Part shown: positions 19,183 to 29,899 of the stretch, in pieces | Numbering within the stretch: position 1 is the stretch's first letter | Layout: each line of letters begins with the position of its first letter | Translations under genes and position numbers: made by a program | Assembly (NCBI GenBank): GCA_965242965.1 | Contig: OZ251518.1 | Coordinates: 2,560,001-2,624,000, forward strand | Length of the DNA: 64,000 nt | From: Candidatus Poribacteria bacterium | GTDB taxonomy: Bacteria > Poribacteria > WGA-4E > WGA-3G | Direction of reading: 5' to 3' | Notes under the pieces: generated by a model | What the model was told of the DNA's origin: nothing | Databases searched by the model: none | Seen by the model: the letters and a program-made list of their open reading frames with translations, nothing else

Positions 19183-19929
19183 TTAGGCGGCGGCCTCCAA
19201 TAGGACATCGGGGATGTCAAAGTTAGCGTAGACCTTTTGCACGTCTTCAAGTTCATCGAGAGCCACCATGAGCCGGAGCATCCGTTCCGCTTCTTTACCG
19301 TCGAGTTTCACGGTATTCTGCGGAATCATGCTGATTTCAGCGAGTTGGATGTCTGCGTCTGTCTCCTGAATGGCGGTTAAGACGTTGTCGAACCTGTCAA
19401 AAGGTGTGATGATTTCAGTGCCTGTTTCGGCGGGTGCGATGTCATCTGCGCCTGCGTCCGCAGCAATCATGAAGAGTTCGTCCTCATCGATGCTATCCGG
19501 GTTGACGACGATGAGCCCGCATTTGTCAAACCCCCATGCGACGCTGCCGCGTTCGCCCATCCGTCCTTCATGTTTGCCGAGGGCGTGCCGGATTGCGGCG
19601 ACTGCGCGATTGCGGTTGTCTGTCAACACCTCAATCATGAGCGCGACACCCCCGGGACCGTATCCTTCGTAGAGGATTTCTTCATATTGAACGCCGGCGA
19701 GCTCGCCGGTGCCGCGGAGGATTGCCTTCTCAATATTGTCGTTCGGCACGTTGCTGGATTTCGCCGCTGCGATAGCGGTGCGGAGGCGGGGATTCATGCT
19801 CACATCGCCGCCGCCGATGCGCGCCGCCGCGGTAATCTCCTTCACCAATTTTGAGAAGAGTTTTCCGCGCCGAGAATCGTTCGCCGCTTTCTTATGTTTA
19901 ATTGTAGACCATTTTGAGTGTCCTGACAT
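19183..19929 (-). CDS. yebC: YebC/PmpR family regulator
   Basis: MSGHSKWSTIKHKK, YEGYGPGG, TDNRNR. Confidence 0.97.
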   Translation of the reverse strand: MSGHSKWSTIKHKKAANDSRRGKLFSKLVKEITAAARIGGGDVSMNPRLRTAIAAAKSSNVPNDNIEKAILRGTGELAGVQYEEILYEGYGPGGVALMIEVLTDNRNRAVAAIRHALGKHEGRMGERGSVAWGFDKCGLIVVNPDSIDEDELFMIAADAGADDIAPAETGTEIITPFDRFDNVLTAIQETDADIQLAEISMIPQNTVKLDGKEAERMLRLMVALDELEDVQKVYANFDIPDVLLEAAA

Positions 19930-20067
19930 AATATGTTCCTTCCTGAATTATGGGTTTCAAGCGCGACTGGGAATCGCGGCTTTAAAATAGTATAGCATAA
20001 TTAAGAAAAAAATGCACAAAAAAATGCAACGAAAATTTCCCTCGTAAAAATTAGCATCGGCAGTATC

Positions 20068-21018
20068 CTAGATTCTGCCGTTTTCCTCAAGCATCGTGAC
20101 GGTTTGGGTTGCCGCCTTCCTTGCGGCTTCATTCGCGATGCGCTCACTTTCCGCGCGTGCAGTCTGGGCTGCGACGCGTTTGCTTTCTTTAGTTGCGCGT
20201 TTTGCTACTTCGTGTGCGGCTTCGTGTGCGGCTTCGCTGGCGATGCGCTCGCTTTCGCGCGTCGCTTGCGCGGCGATTTCACTCGCAACTTGCTTGGCTA
20301 CCTCACTCGCGGCTTGCACAGCGACTTCACGTGCGATGCGTTCGTTTTCCTTCATCGCTTCATGGACGACGTGCTCAACTTTATTCGTGGTCTGCACGGC
20401 AATTTCAGAAGCAATCTCTTTTGCGACTTCGCGTGCGGCTTCGCGGGCGATGCGCTCGTGTTTCGACATCGCCGCGTCAACACTGCGCCGGTTCTCAGCG
20501 GTTGCCTCGCTGACGATGCGTTCAGTCTCCTTTGTCATCTGCGCGGCGATTTCGCTCGCAACCTGTTTCGCGACTTCACGTGCGGCTTCGCGTGCAATCC
20601 GCTCGTGTTTCTCTAGTGATTCGTCTAGAGCGCGTTGATTTTCGGCTGCCGCCTCTTCCGAAATACGCTCGCTTTCGGCGATTGTTGCGTTGAGCCTCCG
20701 CTCCTGTTTTTCCATCGCTTTGTCGACAATTTCCCGAACTTCCACGAGCAGTTCGCGTCGAAATAAATCCGCCTCCTGCCGCCATAAAGTTACCTGTTCG
20801 GATAGCGTGTCGAATTTATCGGATAGGTTATGATATGAGTTGTCATGTTTTTCAGCCATGTTCCGCTGAGCGTTCTCAATCCGTGTCAAGCGATTCGCCG
20901 ACTCGTCATCGTGCTTCTTGCGGCTCCACAGCCAGACGATGAGCACTCCAATCCCAGTCGCAATCAGCGACGCGATAACCGGGATTATCAGATTAGTAAT
21001 TATCGGGTTAGAAAGCAT
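20068..21018 (-). CDS. Membrane-anchored repetitive coiled-coil protein
   Basis: Start MLSNPII at 21018 with AAGGAG RBS; one TM helix followed by ERIAREAAREVAKQVASEIAAQ-like repeats. Confidence 0.75.
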   Translation of the reverse strand: MLSNPIITNLIIPVIASLIATGIGVLIVWLWSRKKHDDESANRLTRIENAQRNMAEKHDNSYHNLSDKFDTLSEQVTLWRQEADLFRRELLVEVREIVDKAMEKQERRLNATIAESERISEEAAAENQRALDESLEKHERIAREAAREVAKQVASEIAAQMTKETERIVSEATAENRRSVDAAMSKHERIAREAAREVAKEIASEIAVQTTNKVEHVVHEAMKENERIAREVAVQAASEVAKQVASEIAAQATRESERIASEAAHEAAHEVAKRATKESKRVAAQTARAESERIANEAARKAATQTVTMLEENGRI

Positions 21019-21049
21019 ACTCACTTCTCCTTTGCAATTGAACTTAACT

Positions 21050-21540
21050 GAGGGTGTTTCATATCTCGATGCCTTCCCGGTAGGAGAGACCTCCCGGCCT
21101 CGATGCAATACCGTAGGCGCGCCCTCCTGGTCTCGATGTTCCCGTAGCGCGGGGGCCTGTCCCCCGCGATCGTTGGAGTGCGCGTGCATGAACGATGGCG
21201 AGGGACAGGCCCTCGCCCTACGGTGAGGGAGTGGCGTTTTTTTCATCGTAGGGCGGGGCCCTCGGATGCCATACGCGCATGCGAGCGGATTTCCCCCGCG
21301 AGCTCCATCGTCCCGATGTGTGTTTCCCCATCTGTAGTTTGTGATCGCCTGATCACAAACAGGTCAGGATCAGGCGATCCTGACCTACAGGGGTGAGGAG
21401 ATCTGGTAGCAAAACGCTGGCGAGGGCCTGTCCCTCGCCCTACGATGAAGGAAGGCTTTCTGCCGCGGCCCCGGGAGGCGCGCCGCCCTATTGCATCGAG
21501 ACCAGGAGGTCTCTCCTACGGGGACTTATGAAACACTCTC
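21050..21540. mobile_element. Composite REP-containing MITE-like element with target-site duplication
   Basis: GAGGGTGTTTCATA ... TATGAAACACTCTC; ACTTAAC at 21042-21048 and 21541-21547. Confidence 0.85.
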
Positions 21541-21550
21541 ACTTAACAGA

Positions 21551-21579
21551 AGTATAACATGAAAAGTCGCCGATGTCAA
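21551..21579 (-). promoter_or_regulatory. sigma70-type promoter
   Basis: Minus strand TTGACA-N17-TATACT, pointing through the element toward the gene starting at 21018. Confidence 0.6.
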
Positions 21580-21739
21580 GTCAAAAAGTTTTTGTTGACG
21601 AAACCTCTTGACATGTGGTAAAATAGTGACATTGAACGTCTGAGGAGTCTTTTTGTTTGAGAATTCGCGCTAGATGCTCCGGGTAGACATACCTACCGGG
21701 AAAGAATGCGCGCGTCCTAACCCTGGTGAGTGAAATGCT

Positions 21740-22557
21740 ATGTTACCTTTTGTCCTGAAATTCGCAGATAGTCAGGTGGAAAATATTCAGTTGATGAACG
21801 CCGAGAGCCAAATAGCGCAGGAAGCGGCGCGGTTCCGCCGCACATTGAGGTTGATGTCCAGATCCCGCTCTATTCGCGCGAGATTAACGGTGCGCAGACA
21901 GCGCAGCAGATCTTGCGAGAAGCCATTGAAAGCGCGTATCAGGAATTCATTGGCTTCCTCCGCACCGTTGCGCATCCTGTGCAATTTCTGCCGTTCGGCT
22001 TGCTGCAGCAATTTTCTACCCGCAACTACTGTTTGATTCTGTCTCCGGCGCGCGCGCGCGAACTGTTTGAAATCTGCCAGATGCAACCTGATGCGAGGCA
22101 CACCGTCCTGCAATATGGCGGCTATGAACTTACCATCATCGCCAGACAGCAGCTAGGTGACACAATCGGCTTTTTGGTAGAACCGAAGAAACACGCGCTC
22201 TTTATCCATCAGGAGCGCGAGGAAGGCACGATTCGCTTCTATCGCAGCAGTTTCATGCATCTGACGCGGGCGGCACCGCCGGCGTTCAGTCTGGATGCGC
22301 GCGAAATTATCCAGAACGTCCGACTGGAACTCGTCGGACAGACTGAGCGCGCGATGCCGATAGAGCAGCTGCTCATGTTCCCTCCGGGTGCTGAAGAGGT
22401 GTCTGAAGCACGTATTACCGCTTGTCCGGAGTGTGGTGGGCGCGTCAAACCTCTCGGCAGAGAGGGGCATTTCTGTTTATACTGCGACTGGGATGATTTG
22501 CCGGTGAATTTCCCGAAGGGGACGGTGCATAAACGGCTTTCTGCTTTAGATGGGTGA
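21740..22557 (+). pseudogene. Hypothetical protein with C-terminal zinc ribbon, apparently frameshifted near 21835
   Basis: The ATG 21740 frame (MLPFVLKF...) overlaps a second frame open from 21772 to 22557 that ends CPECGG...CLYC. It could alternatively start at TTG 21913. Confidence 0.5.
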
Positions 22558-22589
22558 AGCCGCTCCCGTGAAAAAAAACGCTTTCCCTT

Positions 22590-22827
22590 CACGTAGGGCG
22601 AGGGCCCTCGCATGCCACACGCGCATGCGAGAGGGTTTCCCTCGCCAGCGTTTTGGTGCAAACCGCATCATCTTTATAGTTCAGGATCGCCTGATCCTGA
22701 CCCGTTCGGGAGCGGGTGCTCCCGAACTACAGAGGTGGGCCCGATGCGCGGCCCCCTCGCTTTTCTATCGGTAGTCGCTAGCCCCCAAGGGCGGATAAAT
22801 ACCGAAACGGAGATATGAAACACCCTC
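22590..22827. mobile_element. Partial composite REP element, inverted orientation
   Basis: Ends GGATAAATACCGAAACGGAGATATGAAACACCCTC, closely matching the reverse complement of the 5504/9429 left ends. Confidence 0.7.
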
Positions 22828-22829
22828 AA

Positions 22830-23444
22830 TTAAGAATAAAGCCGCTCCTTGACGTAGAAGACGAGTGCGGTATTCCCCACTGCCAGCACCGCGCCGACAA
22901 CCGTCTGAAGCAGCGTGTGCCGTTGCCGGTAAACCCGTGCCCACGCAATGAACGGCACGAGTAGGAAGAGCCACCCACATTGCGAATCGACGAGGACGAC
23001 AAGCACCGTAATGCATCCTGTTGCGACGCTGCTGTGGAAACTAATCTTCCACATCGGCGTAATCGCGGAGAAGACGATGCTATTCGCAATGTAGGCGACA
23101 CCTGCCCAAATGATATGACGCTCGGCATCCAGCCAATACAGGATAACTGTCCCGACACTCATGCTTGCGAGTGTGAAGCAGAGCGGTGAGAGGCGTTCTT
23201 CCTTGCTATGCAGGTGCCAGTCGCTCACCTTTGAGAGCCGGAACAGAATCCCGATCCAGAGCATCGGTAGCACGGTAACGAATATCCCTAATATGGTTAG
23301 CCACAGCAGTGTGTCGCGCGAGGTAACGGCGTATTTTTCCACCACCACCACGGTTGTCGCAATCAGCACGAAAAAGGGACTGAAGACGAGGGAGATGCCC
23401 CATGCCATCCGGTCGCGAAATCCTGATAGAATGCTATGCGTCAT
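22830..23444 (-). CDS. PAP2-superfamily membrane protein
   Basis: KISFH and WARVYRQRHTLLQ (C2/C3-like motifs); its ATG overlaps the upstream stop (TGATG). Confidence 0.7.
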   Translation of the reverse strand: MTHSILSGFRDRMAWGISLVFSPFFVLIATTVVVVEKYAVTSRDTLLWLTILGIFVTVLPMLWIGILFRLSKVSDWHLHSKEERLSPLCFTLASMSVGTVILYWLDAERHIIWAGVAYIANSIVFSAITPMWKISFHSSVATGCITVLVVLVDSQCGWLFLLVPFIAWARVYRQRHTLLQTVVGAVLAVGNTALVFYVKERLYS

Positions 23445-24505
23445 CAATCACTCGGCGTTTCCAACGTTTGTTCAAAGAAATCGACTAAGTCGGCACCGTG
23501 CGTGCCGGGGTTGACTTCCGTATCAATTTTCACAATCTTCCCGGTTTTGTCAATAATTACGGTTAACCGATTGACGCGGCCATCTGGTGCGTCCGTTGCG
23601 CCGTAAAGGAGCGCGAGATTGCGGTTCGTATCTAACAAAAGTGGGAAGTTGAGTTGATTCTCTTCCGAAAATTTCTGATGCGATTCGGCATCATTCAGCG
23701 TAATTCCGAACACCTGTGTATCGTGTGCGGCGAGACGACTCGACTCATCACGGAGCGAGCGAACTTGCATCGTTCAGCCACGTCCAAAATCGCGCGGATA
23801 AAACGCCAGTACGACGTTCTTTTTCCCTTGGAACGCGCTCAGTTGGTGCGTTTTTCCCTCGCCATCGGTTGCGATGAAATCGGGAGCCGGTTGCCCCACT
23901 TCAACTTTCGGTAACATTGTCTTCAATATCGCGGTGACATCTTCACCGTGCGTTTTGACATTGACTTTATCATCGATGGAACGGATGTAACCCGCTTTGT
24001 CAATGATAAAGGTAACCCGCTTTGACGCGTTAAACTCTGCCATGATACCGCTATAGACGCTGCTGACTTTCGCCGTCGGATCTGCCAGCAAGGGAAAGTT
24101 TAACTTCAGCGATTCCCGAAACCGCTGATGCGTTTCAATGGTATCAAGACTCACGCCGAAAACCACAGTGCCGGTCGCTTCTATCTCGCTCAAATTTTCC
24201 CGGAGCGAGTTAACTTGGGTTGTTCAGCCCCCGGTGAAATCTTTCGGGTAAAAGGCGAGAACGACGTTCTTTTTCCCCCAGAACTCGCTGAGCGTTCGCA
24301 TCGTCCCGGTCTCATCTGCCAGCGTAAAATCGGGAGCTATCATCCCAACTTCCAGGGATGGCGATGGCTCCGTTGCCGCTAATGCCTCTGAATTTTTCAC
24401 GTCATCCTCCGCGAAAACGGGGGGAGTCCAGAGTGCCGCGGCGAGCAGGATAGCACAACAAACGGCTAACAGCTGGAAACCCTTCCTCCAAAGTTTTTGA
24501 AACAT
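23444..24505 (-). CDS. Exported tandem BCP/PrxQ-type peroxiredoxin with two selenocysteines (UGA at 24224-24226 and 23774-23776)
   Basis: Three track ORFs share one frame. Each UGA sits at the peroxidatic position (FYPKDFTGG-U-TTQ; FYPRDFGRG-U-TMQ). Signal peptide and GAGGT RBS at 24505. Confidence 0.9.
23739..23759 (-). promoter_or_regulatory. SECIS-like hairpin for the second UGA
   Basis: mRNA CUCG-CUC-cgugau-GAG-U-CGAG (bulged U), beginning 14 nt after the UGA. Confidence 0.7.
24185..24209 (-). promoter_or_regulatory. SECIS-like hairpin for the first UGA
   Basis: mRNA CUCGCUC-cgggaaaauuu-GAGCGAG, a 7-bp stem beginning 14 nt after the UGA. Confidence 0.7.
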
Positions 24506-24584
24506 TTCGGATACCTCAAAAAAATAGGTTAATTCTTGCAGTGCAAGACAAGTTTGGATTTTTACCACCATTATCTTAAAAAGA

Positions 24585-24613
24585 ATTATACCATAAATCC
24601 GTGATATTGTCAA
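24585..24613 (-). promoter_or_regulatory. Consensus sigma70 promoter of the peroxiredoxin gene
   Basis: TTGACA-N17-TATAAT on the minus strand. Confidence 0.75.
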
Positions 24614-24634
24614 AACTTTTTTTAATTCCGGCAT

Positions 24635-25230
24635 CTGAGAGCAGGATTTACAAGAGTATCACGATTCGCAAGAGAGGAGCAGGATTTACAAGATTTACAA
24701 GATTGGCAAGATGAGTCCGTAGCGCGGGGGCCTGTCCCCCGCGGTCGTTCACGTGTTCCAGTGACTGTAGTTCGGGAGCGCCCGCTCCCGAACGGGACAT
24801 GGAGAGGAGAACCCTTTTCTGGCCCGTAGCGCGGGGGCCTGTCCCCCGCGAGCGTTCGACCTGCGCGAAAACCGCACGCCAGTCAAAGCCGTTTTCCCGA
24901 CCGAGGCATGGCGAGGGACAGGCCCTCGCCCTACGGTAAACGGCACGCTTTTTTTAACCGTAGCGCGGGGGCCCTCGCCTGCCACACGCGCAGGCGAGCG
25001 GGTTTCCCCCGCGATCATACCCGTGAAAAACATCTCCTCAGAAGCTCTGCAGCGGTTTATCTCTGTAGGACAAGAGCACCTGCTCTGGATCCGTTCGGGA
25101 GCAGGCGCTCCCGAACTACAGATGTCGGCAGGTCGTGCGATCGCGGGGGACAGGCCCCCGCGATACGGGCCAGGACGAAAAAACGCGCGGGCGGCAACTT
25201 AATAGGCCACCGCCCGCGCAAGATATGAAA
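24635..25230. repeat. REP cluster plus CAGGATTTACAAGATT short repeats
   Basis: Multiple GTAG palindromes and 9-nt periodic repeats. Confidence 0.9.
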
Positions 25231-25242
25231 CAATACGCGACA

Positions 25243-28200
25243 TTACTCCCGCTGCTTGACTTCGCCAAACGTCGTCAACGAACGATTCGCCGGCGATACG
25301 GGACCCGGTAAGTAACGCGTCCGCAACACCTCCGGCCGACCACCTAACGAAACCTCCTCGATCTGGTAATAATACTCGACCCCAGGTTTCGCAGAGGTAT
25401 CCGTGAACGTGTAAGTTTGACGTTCGCCTGTCGTGCCGGCACCGGCGATGAGAACAGGATTCAAAAGCGTGAAACCACTCTCGCGTTTCAGGCTGCGACG
25501 CAGATTGAAACCGGCATTGTCGACTTCAGACTCGGTTGTCCATGTGACCACAACGGGACCGGCATCGGTACGCGTGAGGGTGAAACTTGACAATTCCACG
25601 GGCAAGGCACCGCCTTGACGATACCCCGGTGTGCCGATGTCCTCGGCATGGCCGTAGTGCAACGATTCAACTTTGAATTTGTTGAAATGCGCCGCTAATG
25701 CCCAATTGGACTTCAACATCCCATCGCGTGCCACCGCGCCCTTATCGTAACGGCGGACGACCGAACTGCGCGCGCCATCCCGACGATTCGTGGGCCACAC
25801 CCAGACCGGCGCGTCATCGGTGCGACGATTGTCATCGATGTTGCCTACCTCGTCTATCTTCGTGCCGTTTCTGTCGGACAACTTCAGATAGAATCCCTCG
25901 CCGCTCAAGAAGGTATCGCGCGCGGTTTTGATGCGCAGATTTTTCTCGTGCAATTCGAGGAGATTGTAGACGCGATCTGCAGGGAAGACCTCTGCCGAGG
26001 AAGCGCGGGCATCGCCTGCGACAATCAAGAGGGTCTGATTCGGTTGAATCACTTTCTCTTGCAGCGTCAACGTGACGATAGGTCTGCCGACCAAGTCTCC
26101 CGAATTCCGATTCTGGATCTCCAACTGCCACCGATTCAGATTCAACGCCTCGGTTTTGGATTTGTTATACAACTCGATCCACTGCGGCAGGGTGCCACCC
26201 TCAGAATCAAACATGATTTCGCTGATAGTCACCGCACCTTTCGGCGTAGATGCCTCCGTTTTGACAGCACCATTCGGATAGCCCGGCGTGCCGGCAGTGG
26301 CGGCAGACTTGGAGACCTGCCTGTCATAGCCGATACCGGTAAATGCAGCTTCCGCCCAGGCATCTCGATGATACCCAATGAGATCCGCCTTCGCGCGCTG
26401 CCAGACTTTGCCGGAACTCAGCGCGTCTTCGGTGGCATCGCCGGGAGCCTCAAGCACCTGCAGGGGCCAGACATGCGTATCATAATCGCCTGTCTCGTCA
26501 CGGACAAATGCATCCGTATCACTGCCGCCGCCCCCGGCGACATCGATGAACGCCTCATCCAAACCCAGTTTCTCCTTTGCATTGCGGAGAATCAATAGGA
26601 ATTTGCCATCATCGGGCAGTGAGAGCCCTGCATCCACTAAAGAGGCATGCGATAACCCCTTATTTTCTCCGCCTGCGAGTGGTGTTTTGTCCGAAGGCAT
26701 GTTGGTAATGAGCAACAAACCGTTCGCCGGCACACTCACATCTGGGAAAACGATGAGGGACGTATCCTCTTTCTTGCCATCGGCGACAACAGATAACTCC
26801 CAGTCTTTCAGAGAGACATCTGAACCGCTGACATTGCGGAATTCTAGCCAGTCGTTTGTTGCATCACTGCCATTGCCGAGTTCGTTGAAGACGATGGGAG
26901 AACGCGGCACAGCCGATGCAACCGCCTTTGAGACAGTGTCATCCTGCGGAATGTAAACCACCGGGGTCACCGCCACATCAAACGTTCTCGTCGGCTCAGT
27001 GGACGAATCCGGGACAGGCGCAGGCTGACCTGCAGCCATCGCCGGATCAGCGGTACCACGACGCTCAAGTCCTGACGAAGACATCAACGTCGTCTCACGC
27101 GGAACAGCCAAACTGTTGATACTGGCGATATCCACGCTCACCGATGCTGCCGGCGGGTCGGTCGCTTGCAAAACATACGCAAACGGCACAATCGTTGAAC
27201 CCGAACGCTCCTCGCCTTTCTGCCACACGGCATGCCGGGCATTCGCGGCCTCTCGCGCGCCGAGATAGATTGTCACATACGGCGGATCTTCGCCTTCATA
27301 AGTCAATCCGTCCTGCGCAAACGGCACCTCAACGGTGATCTCGCTACCCGCAAGATACGCACCGCCTTCGGGTTCAACAACCTTAATCTCATCCGCAACT
27401 ACCTGCACCGTGTCTACCGGCACCGTGACAGTGTTCGATGCCAAATTGCCGAGCGGGTCAGAATAGTCGGCAAGCACCGTATCGGCGGGCACCTGGAACG
27501 TCATCTCCCCTTTAAAGCCGAGCGGGGGCACCACCGTCACCGGATACCGCAACCACGCATCCACCGCCTCGGGACGGTTCACCGTCACCGTGCTATCCCC
27601 AACATCTGCAGACAGCGCAGTTTGAAGTGCCGTGAACAGCTCTTCGTTCGCCAAATCATGAGACGCTGCGGTTTTCACATGCCCGGCTGCAGTGTAGTCC
27701 TCCTGGAACCGCAATGCCAACGTAAACGTCCCGGTTTGTGTCCCCGACGGCACGTCGACTATCTCTGTCATCGCGGCGACAGAGTCCTTCACTACCTCCG
27801 GATAGGCGATAGTGCCCTTGGCGGTAGTATCATACGTGGGCGGAAAGTAGTGAGGAAACTCTGTCCCCGGCTGCTTATAAAAACCCTCCGAGACAGTATA
27901 GTGCCGTACGCGACCACCTGATTCGGGTAGACCACCGAGGGCGAGGGTCGCCAACCCGTTATCAATCACTGGGAGGTAGTCAAGAAAACCGTCGCTGTTT
28001 CTGTCAAGGTCTGTCTTTTTGATTCGGTAATTCTGCCCGCCGCGTTTGTATACCCCACGTAACATAGGGTTACCCGCCTGCGCAGCCTCCGAAGCACTAT
28101 AGGCCAACCTGTGGCTACGATACTCCGTATTCTTGGGGGCGGTGCTCTCTGGGTAGGGGATGTAACCATTGTCTCCTGCACCCTCTATAAACCCAGACAC

Positions 28201-29789
28201 GTCCATAAACTCTGCCCATCGCTTCCCCAAGAGATCGGTATTAGCACCAAATGGCACGCCGAATCCAAACTCCCCAGAGTGTAGCCCTAGGATTTGATCG
28301 TATGTGTAACCGTAGGGGTAGTCTGTGAAGAACGCTAACTCAGCGTATTCGTAATTAGTACCGACAAGCGGACGGTATGGGACATTGAACGGGGCCACGG
28401 TATTGTCCTTCCTGGCCAACCACCCGCCCGGCAACAAGCCATTCAATGCATCTGCATTGGCCTTTGTCACCGTAAATTGGTAGACGATGGTATGGTAACC
28501 ATCCACACCGGCATGCCCCCAATCCGTAGCGGTAGCCGCAGAGTCGGCATTGAAGTGGTTTACGCGGCCATCCTGTGTCATCCGTTCCAGTGGATAATTG
28601 GGATTCAGTCTCCCGACATCCTTAATGCCCACGGCTGCAATTATCGTCCCGCCGGAGGCATCCCGGAAGAAATTGCGCGCCCAGATAGTGCCTGAATCGG
28701 GCCCCTTTTGACCGGACTTGAACCATAATGGCAAATCATTCACCGTCCACGGGACGGTACGGCGACCGGAGACGGGATTGAGTGGGTGGCCATCCAAGAG
28801 TGGCGGAAGCTGTTTAGGCTTTAGAGGCGGCGCAACATTACTCGCCGGATCATCACCAGGCGTAGGATTTATGAATTCCGTTACCGTTTCATAGTACCGA
28901 AGTTTGACGTTGATGGCAATGGCGACGATATCCCCGGGGACTACCCACGTATTTTCCGAGTCGGTGACAAGCCCCGTGTTGCCGGGTTTGTTCGGATCTT
29001 CTAGTAGGCCGCCGCTCATCGGATCGCTGGTACCCCCACCGGGATCGATATTAACCCAGAAGTAGGTATCCGCCTCGCTTGCCAGTTGAGTTTCGCCATC
29101 AATGAGCTTCTGATAGTCCTTCCAGAAGGATGGGAACAGCCGCGCGCGCCTGCTTTCAAAACCGGGCGGCGTAACAACATAATTCGTGTCAGTGCCTTTG
29201 TTATTGTGAAAATAGGTACCGACCTGCAGCTCTGCCATCGGCGTTTTCTTCGGATTTTTATAGACCCGTATCCACTGAATCTCAAAATAATCCGGCGGGC
29301 AAGCTGTCAACCCGCCACCAAAGAAGGCATCAATACCCATAGTATGGCGGTTGGGGCCGCCGTGTGTCGAATTCGCCGGCAGGTTAAACGTTGTCGTATG
29401 CAAGGTATGGACTGGCAAGGGCTGGCCCTGCCAATCCGCAGTGATGCTATCACTGCCATCAGAAGCGACATCGCCTGCCGTGTATGTGTCGTGGCTCTCT
29501 CCCGGCGGTGCAAGCACCGTCAGCACACCGAATGTGAGCAGTAGGCAGCCTATCAAAACGGGATGGATGCGCGCGGCGGACCGCGGGTGTCCCCCGTCCT
29601 TCTGCGCCTTCCTGCTAAGAACTGCAGGATTTAACGGTTTGTGAAGGGGGGGGGGTCAATTGGATGGAACGCGTCACCGGCGGGCGCATGCGCGCGGAAT
29701 CTTTGCAGCGGGTGCTGCAATAACGCGGTGACGGTAGGTTTCAGGCGGACAGCAATGCCCGCGAAAATGAGAGAGAATAGGATTCTCAT
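25243..29789 (-). CDS. Large secreted lamin-tail-domain (LTD) protein; leader frameshifted at a C10 tract (29646-29655)
   Basis: Two LTD modules (IVFNELGN..DWLEFRN; VTISEIMF..QWIELYN), LPVELSSF Ig/Fn3-like C-terminal domain, LTTFGEVK tail. The main ORF is 25243-29556; the RBS-bearing ATG at 29789 is one base out of frame. Confidence 0.8.
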
Positions 29790-29846
29790 TAGTTTTTTCT
29801 CCTCTAAATTGATATGAAAATTGATCGAAAATTAAACACTGTCTTA

Positions 29847-29875
29847 ATTATACCATTTTTTCACGTTTTTGTCAA
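29847..29875 (-). promoter_or_regulatory. Consensus sigma70 promoter of the LTD gene
   Basis: TTGACA-N17-TATAAT on the minus strand. Confidence 0.75.
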
Positions 29876-29899
29876 ATTAAAAATTGCAAATAAAAAAAT

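Noticed and set aside
21630-21735. Riboswitch in the long leader
   Set aside because: Only a short GGTAG/CTACC hairpin was seen; no recognisable aptamer consensus.
23444-24634. Three separate small peroxiredoxin genes, or a pseudogene
   Set aside because: Same frame, both stops are TGA at the catalytic codon, and both have downstream hairpins, which fits selenocysteine recoding better.
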